Of a DNA stretch of 60,073 nucleotides, positions 8,974 to 17,003 are shown one piece after another. The DNA lies in the IMG/VR virus record IMGVR_UViG_3300032087_004980; one strand, given 5' to 3'. Origin of the DNA: a virus. Position numbers and translations under genes: made by a program. The notes below the pieces were generated by a model. That model had not been told where the DNA came from. It ran no database searches and saw only the letters and a program-made list of their open reading frames with translations. Positions within the stretch are counted from its first letter, which is position 1. The number at the start of each line of letters is the position of its first letter.

Positions 8974-9339
8974 ATGAAGACCTTACCTCTCCTGTTTGCA
9001 TTCTCTGTTCTATCCTTGGCACCTGCCTCTGTGGCAGATGTAGTGGATGACAAAATATGTGACAGCGGCATCTGCGTAGTAGAGTTCAACGCATCTTTCA
9101 ATTCCCAAAATAGTGTGGAATGGATAGAAAAACTGAACGATTGCGAAACAAGCCGTGTAGACATTGTGTCTGCTCCATCCCTACAGAAGGAGCACAAGAT
9201 TGTCGTGGTTCCAACCATCGTTGTATTCAGCGAGGGCGAGGAAGTGAAAAGGTTTCAGGCCAACATCATGATGACGATGGAGGCCAGTAAGGACGATGTC
9301 CAAGGGGCGGTTGATGAAATCATGATGAGCGACTTCTGA
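8974..9339 (+). CDS. Secreted thioredoxin-fold-like protein (non-canonical active site)
   Basis: 121 aa. Signal peptide ..SVLSLAPASVA/D. KIVVVPTIVVFSEGEEVKRF resembles the cis-Pro beta3-beta4 region of thioredoxins. Has CDSGIC instead of WCGPC. Confidence 0.45.
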   Translation: MKTLPLLFAFSVLSLAPASVADVVDDKICDSGICVVEFNASFNSQNSVEWIEKLNDCETSRVDIVSAPSLQKEHKIVVVPTIVVFSEGEEVKRFQANIMMTMEASKDDVQGAVDEIMMSDF

Positions 9340-11540
9340 TGCAAGTAAAAAAGAAATACAACCATGGTGGCATCCATAACTGGCCCCCTGGTACAGAGGT
9401 CATGGCTTCTGATAATACATCTGTAGCTGCACCCCAGCTTACATTTCTTACATCTCAGCTTTTAAATCAGCCCTCAGGGTATGTAGAAAAAAGACGCGAC
9501 GAAAATTTAACACGTTTGGGTCTTGACGGACCATCTCTTAGGAATCAAACGCTAAGAGATGAGTTGCAGCGAGATGCTTTTGTCGAAGCAGAACATCAAC
9601 AAAAGATTCAGAGGTTGATGCAAAGCGGTTTTACGAGAGAGGCTGCTGAAGAACACATTGAACAGTCTAAAATGTTGGGCACGGCCACTCCTGTCGCGCC
9701 AGTTATGGAGTTTTTGTCTCCAGTTGGGGACATTATGGCGCTGGGTGACGCTGCTCGTCTCGCTATGCAAGGAGAATATGGTGCAGCAGGAGTAACTGGA
9801 GGGCTGGCTACTGCCTCAATCTTTTTGCCAGGCACAATAAACCCTGCTCACGCTATGGCGGACGATCAGATAAGAACGTTGGCCACTAGAACCGCACAGC
9901 AGGGTGTCATAAGCAATAAGGTGCCAGATGTAATTGAATACATCCAAGAGGCAGCGACAATGGGCAACATTAGTTTTGGCAGAACAAGGTCTAGCGCCCT
10001 GGGCGGAGGGCAGCGTGCTTGGACAGAGCCTCAGATTGGAGTAAGCTCTTTGCCCAACAGCGGGTATTTGAGAGACTTTTTTGACAGGCCTCAATCGCAG
10101 CATGTAGTTAATCAAGCGGGAGGAGGGGTTACTGATTTCTCTTATCAATCAGGCAGAAGCTTAGCAGATGCATTGGGCGTGAGGAACTCAAACCTTACTG
10201 ACCTAGAGCTTCAGCAAACCAGAGACATCATCAATAACTTTATAAACTCGCCTGGCCTTGCGCAGCTCCATCCTGATCAGAGAGAGTACTATCAAGGTCT
10301 AATTGATGGTCTTACAGAGAACCTTCCTGGTGGTTCAGCTCGTCAGCTGGGTCAGCGATCAGGCAACCTACCCTCAACTGTTCAAAGCCCATCTGTTGCT
10401 GGCAGTGAGTATCAAATTACCAGCGTTAGGCAAAGGCCTGGTGCGACAACAGCGTCAGGCAAACCACTTACTGAGACGGTTAATGTAAAGACGTATGGTA
10501 AGGGCGTGTCTGCTTCTTACATAGTAAATAGAAATAAACCAAAACCTGGTGAGGTATTGACAAGGATGGAAACTTTTCCTACGTCAGGCTTCACCGTTAG
10601 GATGAAAGCCCAGCTAAATCCTGGGGATGGTGGAGTGGATCACGACTTTCTTCTTCAGTCAACCAGAATCGACCAGTCACAGTTGTATCAAGACAGGTAC
10701 GCTGAACTGCTACGACAAGGCGCTACAGCTGACATCGCTGCGGCTCAGGTAAGGACGGAAGCTGATGCTGCAATTTCAAAAACCTTAAGCGCCATGTTTG
10801 CTGAGGTTCCCGTGGGGGATTTTGTCACCACGAGAAGCTATAGCACAGATTCATATCCGCTGATGCTTAGGCAGCTGGCAAGGGGCAAATACAAGACCGT
10901 AGCTGACGATCTTACTGATGTAGGCTTTGGCACCTCAGATATATCTATTGCTGGTCTTAACACCATGGGGCAAGGAGGCTTTTTTAAATCAATGAATTTT
11001 GAGGATTACATCGACCCACAAGTTCTAGATGATGTATTGAACGACCCTGTCATTGCTTCAAACATAAAGAAAAGATTTGATACGTTGATGAAGGGTAGAG
11101 CTCGCACCGCCAAGAACGAGCAGCTTGCTCAACACCAAGCAACGGTACAGGAATTGATGGAAGCAGCTGATACAAATCCAATGACAGCCTCTATGATGAG
11201 GGGGGGGAGTAACGTAACCACAGATCAATCTCACGCGATTGGGAAAAGCTTTGAGCGATTTGCAAATGACCAAATATCTAGGACTAATGAGGACGCCCTG
11301 GATGCGCTTATCCGCGAAGAAGCAAGGGCCTCCAACATCAGTCTACAACAGGCTGAAATCAAGGTAATGAATGAGTTCGTACCATTGCCTAAGGCTAGGT
11401 ATGATGAAACCCTCAATACACTGATGGTCCCCGTACCTAGGATTCAAAAAATCAGGGCACAAACAGGTGCCTACATAAAGAATCCAGGATTTAAATCCAA
11501 AAAGAAAAAGGCTGCCTACGGCATGAGAGTCAAAAAATAA
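9339..11540 (+). CDS. Large protein of unknown function, 733 aa (last gene of the rightward unit; possibly virion-associated)
   Basis: Long ORF whose ATG overlaps the upstream stop (TGATG). N-terminus MQVKKKYNHGG shares a motif with the products of 27152 and 26658. Confidence 0.8.
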   Translation: MQVKKKYNHGGIHNWPPGTEVMASDNTSVAAPQLTFLTSQLLNQPSGYVEKRRDENLTRLGLDGPSLRNQTLRDELQRDAFVEAEHQQKIQRLMQSGFTREAAEEHIEQSKMLGTATPVAPVMEFLSPVGDIMALGDAARLAMQGEYGAAGVTGGLATASIFLPGTINPAHAMADDQIRTLATRTAQQGVISNKVPDVIEYIQEAATMGNISFGRTRSSALGGGQRAWTEPQIGVSSLPNSGYLRDFFDRPQSQHVVNQAGGGVTDFSYQSGRSLADALGVRNSNLTDLELQQTRDIINNFINSPGLAQLHPDQREYYQGLIDGLTENLPGGSARQLGQRSGNLPSTVQSPSVAGSEYQITSVRQRPGATTASGKPLTETVNVKTYGKGVSASYIVNRNKPKPGEVLTRMETFPTSGFTVRMKAQLNPGDGGVDHDFLLQSTRIDQSQLYQDRYAELLRQGATADIAAAQVRTEADAAISKTLSAMFAEVPVGDFVTTRSYSTDSYPLMLRQLARGKYKTVADDLTDVGFGTSDISIAGLNTMGQGGFFKSMNFEDYIDPQVLDDVLNDPVIASNIKKRFDTLMKGRARTAKNEQLAQHQATVQELMEAADTNPMTASMMRGGSNVTTDQSHAIGKSFERFANDQISRTNEDALDALIREEARASNISLQQAEIKVMNEFVPLPKARYDETLNTLMVPVPRIQKIRAQTGAYIKNPGFKSKKKKAAYGMRVKK

Positions 11541-11541
11541 A

Positions 11542-11565
11542 GAGAGGGGGCACCACCCCCCTCTC
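11542..11565. terminator. Convergent-unit hairpin terminator
   Basis: GAGAGGGGG-caccac-CCCCCTCTC, a 9-bp GC-rich stem, lies between the ends of the plus and minus units. On the minus strand it is followed by CTTTATTTTTTG. Confidence 0.75.
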
Positions 11566-11615
11566 CTCGACTCAAAACACAATCACTATAGCAGCAACTG
11601 ATTCTTCAAAGGTAA

Positions 11616-12170
11616 TCAAAAATTTATTGAAACCTTTTTTATTGGATGGCGGTACTCTCTTTTGTACGGCTGAAACCAATATGTTTCAATCTCCTTGAGG
11701 TCATGTATGGTAATGTAGGTTATCAAATCCTCCTGAGGTTCTCCGTTTCCCTTTGCCCAAGCGCTTCGTGAGTAAATCATCTTGTATGCATCCCGTGCAT
11801 TCTGAACGCGCTTAGTCTCTACATTTTCTACGCACCATTCGCGAAGCTTGACTCTCTCTACGCCTGCAAATCCACCCATCTCTGGGATCTCGTACACAAT
11901 CCACTTGGCCTTGCCGTCAATCCAGCCCTTGTCTCCGTTGACGTTCTTGAACTCAACCCAAAGTTGATCAGGACACTTGTTCCCTTTGAGATCCACACCA
12001 AACTTCTCCCCTTTTCTGACGTGCCAGAAGTCAACATGATCAAACATGTCCTCCTCGTCTGTAGATTTTTTAGCGTCAGGCCAGACCTTTCTGTATCGCT
12101 TCACCGCGATGCGATCAGTTTCTCTCGTGCGGTTCTTTCGTTGCTTGGTTATTTTTCGTGGTTGTGTCAT
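11616..12170 (-). CDS. Hypothetical protein, weak PD-(D/E)xK nuclease-like motif
   Basis: 184 aa with a basic N-terminus. The spacing ..FGVDLKG..(20 aa)..VEFKN.. is compatible with a D..ExK core. Confidence 0.65.
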   Translation of the reverse strand: MTQPRKITKQRKNRTRETDRIAVKRYRKVWPDAKKSTDEEDMFDHVDFWHVRKGEKFGVDLKGNKCPDQLWVEFKNVNGDKGWIDGKAKWIVYEIPEMGGFAGVERVKLREWCVENVETKRVQNARDAYKMIYSRSAWAKGNGEPQEDLITYITIHDLKEIETYWFQPYKREYRHPIKKVSINF

Positions 12171-12173
12171 GAG

Positions 12174-12617
12174 TCAGTAGTGGTTTTTTAAAATGTCTTG
12201 AATGGCTTGGTCAACTTGACCTCTGTTTCTTGGTATGTAAACATCACAATCTATTTCGTTTTCAACTAGGTAATTCAGGAAGAGCTTCCATCGCATGTTG
12301 AAGTCATGATGAGAAGGAAGGAATCCTTTTGTCTCAATGATCCACGACATGTCCTTGGCCACAAAGTCAGGGGTGTACTTGATAGGCAGCACCACCTTCC
12401 CCGTCTTGTCAATCATCTCTTTCTTCTTGGGTGTCATCCTCATGTACCTATTCTCATATCGAAAGGATTCGAGGAGGGTGAACTGGTGTCCCTCATAGAC
12501 ATGATCCACCCGCGAAGCACGTAGTTGTTCTGAACAATACTTTTCTAGAGAGGACGCAAACTTCCCGTTTGATTTTTTTTTTGAGGACTTGCGAGTCCTC
12601 GTTCTTTTCTTCCTCAC
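12174..12617 (-). CDS. DUF1064-like PD-(D/E)xK protein (possible structure-specific endonuclease); start uncertain
   Basis: Pattern ..ASSLEKYCSEQL..IKYTPDFV..WIIETKG..F.MRWKLF. The ORF-track start at 12728 is TTG and overlaps the upstream gene by ~100 nt. GTG at 12617 lies 10 nt after the upstream stop. Confidence 0.55.
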   Translation of the reverse strand: MRKKRTRTRKSSKKKSNGKFASSLEKYCSEQLRASRVDHVYEGHQFTLLESFRYENRYMRMTPKKKEMIDKTGKVVLPIKYTPDFVAKDMSWIIETKGFLPSHHDFNMRWKLFLNYLVENEIDCDVYIPRNRGQVDQAIQDILKNHY

Positions 12618-12627
12618 GTATGTGAAG

Positions 12628-14445
12628 TTACGTCTCCTTTTTTTGGGATTCAAGTGAGAAATCAAAGTTGATGGGCATGGGCTTCTTAATCTTCTCCCTA
12701 ATTGGTTGGAACAAAGCTCGTTGTCCAATTCGAGTTGTAAACCCTGTGTGGGAAAGATTCATGACGATGCAGTACGGGTCCTCCAGCGGGGTTGGCTGGC
12801 CCCCAGTCTCTACCTCTCGCACCTTACGCACATGCAACTCACTCATCTTACGAATCATGGGGTCGCTTGATTGAACCTTTCGATGAAGAGTAACGAAGCA
12901 ATCTGCCCTGTTCACGAACTTACCCCCACCTTCCGTGTCCTCAGCGTATGGTGCCACAGGCAATCCATCTGGGCCTTTGCGTCTTTGCGCCTCTGTAACA
13001 GCGTGCATGTTCAACCACACGGCTACGTCGTGCGCTTTGCTGAACGTTAGGAACTCTGACGCTGCCTCGTAGTGGTAGTCGTGCACACCTATGCTGCTGT
13101 TTTTCATGTCCAGCTTCAGTGAGTTGTACGGATCTACAAACACCGCATCAATGGGTGTCTGCCTCATTACCTTCTCGATGAACAGGATGATGTCGCTGTA
13201 GCTATACACCTGCTTGTTGCTGATCACAATGAAGTGGTCCTGCACCCACTTGTACGCCTGCTTCTTCTGCGCGTAGTTCATGCTGCCAATGGCCATGTCC
13301 ATGGCGAACTGCATAAGCGACATCTTTACAGATGCTGTGCGGTTCTCGCTTGAGTATATGACCCATCGCCACCCGTGCCTGATCGCAGAGTTGACCATCA
13401 GGTACAGGGCGGTCGTGGTCTTACCCACATTGGAGTGGCCGTTGATGATTAGGAACTCCTTCTTGTATCTGAAGTAGTCGTCAAGCTTGGGGTCGCCCGT
13501 GTCTAGCCCAATAGGAATCTTACCTTGGGAGTAGTCGTCAATCCAACGGAAGTCCTCGTCATCTGAGGAGATGAAGGACATGTCCCCGTCGTTGAGCAAC
13601 ATCTCACGCTGCGCTGACTTCTCCTCGTCGATGATGTCACGGATGGGCATCTGCTTGCCCTTCTCAATGCCAGCGATAATGGTCTGCTTGGCATGCTCCT
13701 CGTTGTCCAGGTCACGCTTCCCTATCTCACGGAAGAGAACCCTCACTACTTCCTCCTCCTCCATCCTGCCTGCGGAGATGTATCCTCCGCACAAGATGGC
13801 TGCTCGATTCAGTGTAATCCACTTCTCCCCGTCCTTGGCCAGTCGAATCATACGACACGCAAGGTTGAGCTTCATATAGTCTGTGTAGTCGTAGGCCTCG
13901 TTGGTGGGCGTCTGCGCTTCAGCGTGCTCCGTGGTGAAGTGACCAAACTTCTTGTAGTCCTCCTTGACAATAAGGTCTGGGTCGTAAGACTCAAAGCAGG
14001 CGCGTGATTCGTTGATGCCTGACTCGTCAAGCTCCAGACCGTGGGTCCTCTCGAAGTACTTGATCAACGCACGGAAGTGATCGCGATGTCTTTCAGGATT
14101 GGTGATCTGAACCAAGGCCTTCACACCATTCCCACTGGGAGATGTCCAACACGAGTAGATGAAGTCGTCCGTACCCAGGGCCTTCTTGGTTGCGTCCACA
14201 TCGACGTGGTCGAAGTCAAGCACAATGAAACCAGAGTGCTCAAACAAGGCATCGTCTGAGCGCGAAGCAAACTCTCCGCTGAAACAAACGACAGGCAGCT
14301 CTAACTTTTTCTCTTTGTTCCCCTCTCTTACTTTGTCTACAATGCCGCTCGACCGCCCGCTCTGTATCCTTTCGAGCGCTTTGTGTAGGTCAAGGTAGTG
14401 TGGTTGAGTCTTGTCAAAGACATTCTTAAATATCGTGACTTTCAT
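12628..14445 (-). CDS. Primase-helicase (N-terminal primase-like domain plus C-terminal P-loop NTPase)
   Basis: 605 aa. VLDFDHVD and SPSGNGVKALV in the N-terminal half. Walker A GHSNVGKTT and Walker B-like AVFVDPYN in the C-terminal half. Confidence 0.8.
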   Translation of the reverse strand: MKVTIFKNVFDKTQPHYLDLHKALERIQSGRSSGIVDKVREGNKEKKLELPVVCFSGEFASRSDDALFEHSGFIVLDFDHVDVDATKKALGTDDFIYSCWTSPSGNGVKALVQITNPERHRDHFRALIKYFERTHGLELDESGINESRACFESYDPDLIVKEDYKKFGHFTTEHAEAQTPTNEAYDYTDYMKLNLACRMIRLAKDGEKWITLNRAAILCGGYISAGRMEEEEVVRVLFREIGKRDLDNEEHAKQTIIAGIEKGKQMPIRDIIDEEKSAQREMLLNDGDMSFISSDDEDFRWIDDYSQGKIPIGLDTGDPKLDDYFRYKKEFLIINGHSNVGKTTTALYLMVNSAIRHGWRWVIYSSENRTASVKMSLMQFAMDMAIGSMNYAQKKQAYKWVQDHFIVISNKQVYSYSDIILFIEKVMRQTPIDAVFVDPYNSLKLDMKNSSIGVHDYHYEAASEFLTFSKAHDVAVWLNMHAVTEAQRRKGPDGLPVAPYAEDTEGGGKFVNRADCFVTLHRKVQSSDPMIRKMSELHVRKVREVETGGQPTPLEDPYCIVMNLSHTGFTTRIGQRALFQPIREKIKKPMPINFDFSLESQKKET

Positions 14446-14702
14446 GTTGTTGCAAGGTGCTGTTGGTGTTTGTGTTCTTCAAGAGTCAAGTTGGATTTGG
14501 CGATGGGGTTCTTGTCAAGTATCTCCCTGATGATGATCATCTTTTCTGACTTCGCATTCTTGCCGTAAAGCTCTTGGCCCAGCCTCGACATGGTCTTGCC
14601 GTCGTAGTTGCGAATGTCGTTTGGGTTATCGTACACGGATACTATCCACACAACACGCTCGTGCACCCTCTTCTGTTTCTTGAAGGCTACACGAGCGGTC
14701 AT
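14442..14702 (-). CDS. Hypothetical protein (86 aa)
   Basis: ATG at 14702 lies 19 nt after the SSB-like stop. The longer ORF-track version (to 14906) overlaps the SSB-like gene out of frame. ATGA-type overlap with the primase-helicase start. Confidence 0.5.
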   Translation of the reverse strand: MTARVAFKKQKRVHERVVWIVSVYDNPNDIRNYDGKTMSRLGQELYGKNAKSEKMIIIREILDKNPIAKSNLTLEEHKHQQHLATT

Positions 14703-14721
14703 GTGATAGATAGTTGCCTTA

Positions 14722-15024
14722 TCAGAAGGGGAGGTCATCCTCCTTCTGTGGCTGCGCCTTCTTCTTCTCTGCGCGTTTCTCCTTTGCAGCTTCGCTGTTT
14801 GGATCGAACACACGGATGCAAGGCTTGCCGTTCTTGGACATGAAGAAGGTGATGTAGATGTTGCCGCCCTGGCCCTCTTCGTTTCGAGAGGTGGCGTACT
14901 TGTCAATCATCTCCTTCAGTTCATGGTCTTTGAATCGACCAGACCAACGGGACAACTCGCCCTCGTAGTAGACGGGCTCTTCTGCGTACCCAACGAGTAC
15001 GGAATCATACTTTTTGTCACTCAT
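14722..15024 (-). CDS. Small SSB-like protein with acidic C-terminal tip
   Basis: 100 aa ending ..KEDDLPF, like the DDDIPF tip of bacterial SSBs. Lies in the replication/recombination cluster. Confidence 0.6.
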   Translation of the reverse strand: MSDKKYDSVLVGYAEEPVYYEGELSRWSGRFKDHELKEMIDKYATSRNEEGQGGNIYITFFMSKNGKPCIRVFDPNSEAAKEKRAEKKKAQPQKEDDLPF

Positions 15025-15086
15025 GACGTATAGATTAGATAATTAAAATGATTATAAAACAAATGGTTGCGAAAGCAATCTCTTCT

Positions 15087-15854
15087 TTAGACGATAAAAT
15101 CTGCATAGTAAGTCTCTGTGCTGGAGTTTCCATCGAGCCAGTTCTTGATGTTCTCTACACCCTGGTGGAACTTCATCTCACCTGAGAACAGGGTCTCGTC
15201 TGAGCACTTCACCTTAGCAGGGAGGTAGGGGTACGTCTTCTCTTGCACCACCCAGTAGAAATCCTTGATGCCAAACACCTTGGTGTAAATGTAGGCCTGA
15301 ATGTCGTAGCTGAACGACCGCACATCGTACTTGAACTTGTCGATACCCCTCGATGACTTGGAGTCTACGATGTTGTCTTCATTCAAGCAGTCGAGGAACC
15401 CCTTGACTGGGATGCCGTCGATGTCCTCGTTGAACTCCACCTGAAACTGACCACTCAACAGCTCTGACCTGAGTCCGCAGATGCCAAGCCTGTCGATCAT
15501 GGCGGCGGCCTTCTTCCAGTCCTCGCCCGTGACAACTTCCTGTCCTGCCTCCAACGCTTCAGCAGTAGCAGCAGCCAGTCGCTCCTTGTACTTGGTCGTA
15601 AGCTTGGGCCGCGAAGAGTTGATGCCACGCGCAAGGTCCTCGTCATTCAGCACTCTGTAGTGGTTCATCGCCTTCTCCCGCTCAAACAAGAGCATGTCGT
15701 ACAAGGTGCCAAAGCGCAAGGCCTCGCTCTCTTTGTATAGCTCACCCTTCATGTACATCTCCCACACCTTCATGTCACCAAGTGCATGCTTGATGCTTGA
15801 GTAGGACAGGTGGCCCTTGTCGAACCTCTCTGTTAGTTGTTCGCGCATCGTCAT
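15087..15854 (-). CDS. PD-(D/E)xK recombination exonuclease (RecB/Cas4/lambda-Exo-like)
   Basis: 255 aa. Motifs ..GFLDCL..IVDSKS.. and ..QAYIY.. (D, DxK, QxxxY). Overlaps the annealing-protein gene by 4 nt. Confidence 0.65.
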   Translation of the reverse strand: MTMREQLTERFDKGHLSYSSIKHALGDMKVWEMYMKGELYKESEALRFGTLYDMLLFEREKAMNHYRVLNDEDLARGINSSRPKLTTKYKERLAAATAEALEAGQEVVTGEDWKKAAAMIDRLGICGLRSELLSGQFQVEFNEDIDGIPVKGFLDCLNEDNIVDSKSSRGIDKFKYDVRSFSYDIQAYIYTKVFGIKDFYWVVQEKTYPYLPAKVKCSDETLFSGEMKFHQGVENIKNWLDGNSSTETYYADFIV

Positions 15855-16405
15855 CGCACGAACTTCTTGAGCCCTGCCTGCTGCTTGTCCGTCAGCTGAT
15901 CACCATACTTCTTGACGATACTATCAAACGCTTTTTGCTTGTCCGTCTGGCCTTTGATGTAGCTGACTGCCTTGTCCATGATGTTCTCCACGGGTGCGTC
16001 GAGAGCCTTGCTCAACTTCTGAACCTTTGGGTCATCAATCATGGCTTGTTGCTTGGCAATCGCCTCCTCAACCTCGTTGGCTGAAGCGATGGATGTGTCA
16101 ATGCCAATACCCAACATGGCAAGAGCACGTCCAATCGCTGATGTTTCGCAGTTCTCTACGAAGCTTGTCTTGTTGATGTTGCTAGACCCTCGCTCTTCAT
16201 GTGCGTGACCCGTGCTTACCACACGCCCCTTGTCGTCTGCGATGGTGGCCTTGCACACTGCGACGTCAGCGTCGAGGTGCGTGAACTCTGACATCAGAGT
16301 CCAGTTCTTGTACTGCTCCTCCTGGCGGAAGAACTTGATGCGTTCGTTGACTTCAACGTACTGCTTGCCACGAATGTTCGTGGTCTTGAACTTGTAATTT
16401 GACAT
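15851..16405 (-). CDS. Single-strand annealing protein candidate (Rad52/Sak-like)
   Basis: 184 aa. ..ENCETSAIGRALAMLGIG.. resembles the conserved hairpin-helix region of Rad52-like SSAPs. Paired with the exonuclease. The true ATG is at 16405 (ORF-track start 16411 is TTG). Confidence 0.5.
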   Translation of the reverse strand: MSNYKFKTTNIRGKQYVEVNERIKFFRQEEQYKNWTLMSEFTHLDADVAVCKATIADDKGRVVSTGHAHEERGSSNINKTSFVENCETSAIGRALAMLGIGIDTSIASANEVEEAIAKQQAMIDDPKVQKLSKALDAPVENIMDKAVSYIKGQTDKQKAFDSIVKKYGDQLTDKQQAGLKKFVR

Positions 16406-16441
16406 TGTCAATAAATTAAATTGGGTGTGGAAAGTTACGAT

Positions 16442-16882
16442 TTAGTCCTCGAAAGAACAAGCGGCAATGACTTCTTCATGCAGGATTAGGTAGTGTTCTG
16501 CCACAGACATCATGTCGAGCATCCCGTTGCGCATGATCTGTAGTGCGTTGTGCAAATCCTTGCATAGAATGAGCGCATTCTCGCTGTCTACCATGCCGTC
16601 AATCATCAGCTCCATCTCAAGCAGACTCTTGGTGTCGTCAATTACTTCTTGCGTGAATTTCTCTGCTACAAGGCGCACAGACTCAACGACCCTGTCGCTA
16701 TCCCATTGACACCATTTGCCGTATGTGTTTTCGATGAGGTCAGCCACGGCAATGTCCGTCGCACTAGCAACATGCCTCATGTCGCTGTTCATGTACGGCC
16801 TCAGCTTCTCCACCGCATTCCTTGTGTTTACATCGAGGTCATACGATGCCATCTCGTCTTGCCATTCTTGTTCAGTCATCAT
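16442..16882 (-). CDS. Acidic hypothetical protein (146 aa)
   Basis: ORF with tandem ATG ATG start; Asp/Glu-rich throughout. Confidence 0.7.
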   Translation of the reverse strand: MMTEQEWQDEMASYDLDVNTRNAVEKLRPYMNSDMRHVASATDIAVADLIENTYGKWCQWDSDRVVESVRLVAEKFTQEVIDDTKSLLEMELMIDGMVDSENALILCKDLHNALQIMRNGMLDMMSVAEHYLILHEEVIAACSFED

Positions 16883-17003
16883 TTTTCTTTTTGAATTTCT
16901 TTAGTGCTCTCTCCATCTTCCTGCGTCTGGCGCGTGGAGAGTGTTCGTTCCTATTCCCAAGCAGATGCTTGAGAAACTTCTCTGTGTTGTCGTCCTTCTT
17001 CAT
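16872..17003 (-). CDS. Small basic ORF (43 aa)
   Basis: Hand translation gives MKKDDNTEKFLKHLLGNRNEHSPRARRRKMERALKKFKKKNDD. ATGA overlap with the upstream stop; 11-nt overlap with the downstream gene. Confidence 0.35.
   Translation of the reverse strand: MKKDDNTEKFLKHLLGNRNEHSPRARRRKMERALKKFKKKNDD

Noticed and set aside
8686-9339. 8686-8970 plus 8974-9339 as an i-spanin/o-spanin pair
   Set aside because: The first has the right topology. The second has no lipobox Cys after its signal peptide (..APASVA/DV..) and is larger than typical o-spanins. The endolysin gene is ~19 kb away around the circular map.
12174-12728. ORF-track start positions at 12728, 16411, 17944, 31295, 38186 and 46432
   Set aside because: The start codons at 12728, 16411, 31295 and 38186 are TTG and the one at 17944 is GTG (checked in the sequence). 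They are merely the most upstream in-frame start-like codons. They overlap upstream genes. The 46432 start lies upstream of a terminator/promoter pair. Downstream ATG (or GTG at 12617) starts were used instead.
14442-14906. 154-aa version of the ORF overlapping the SSB-like gene
   Set aside because: The first ~68 codons overlap 14722-15024 out of frame and translate to Arg/Ser/Thr-rich junk. The ATG at 14702 follows the SSB-like stop.
15025-15086. AT-rich 62-nt gap between the exonuclease and SSB-like genes as a terminator/promoter pair
   Set aside because: There is a small GAAA-tetraloop hairpin (GTTGC-gaaa-GCAAT). No TAnnTTTG box could be found on the minus strand. The evidence is insufficient.
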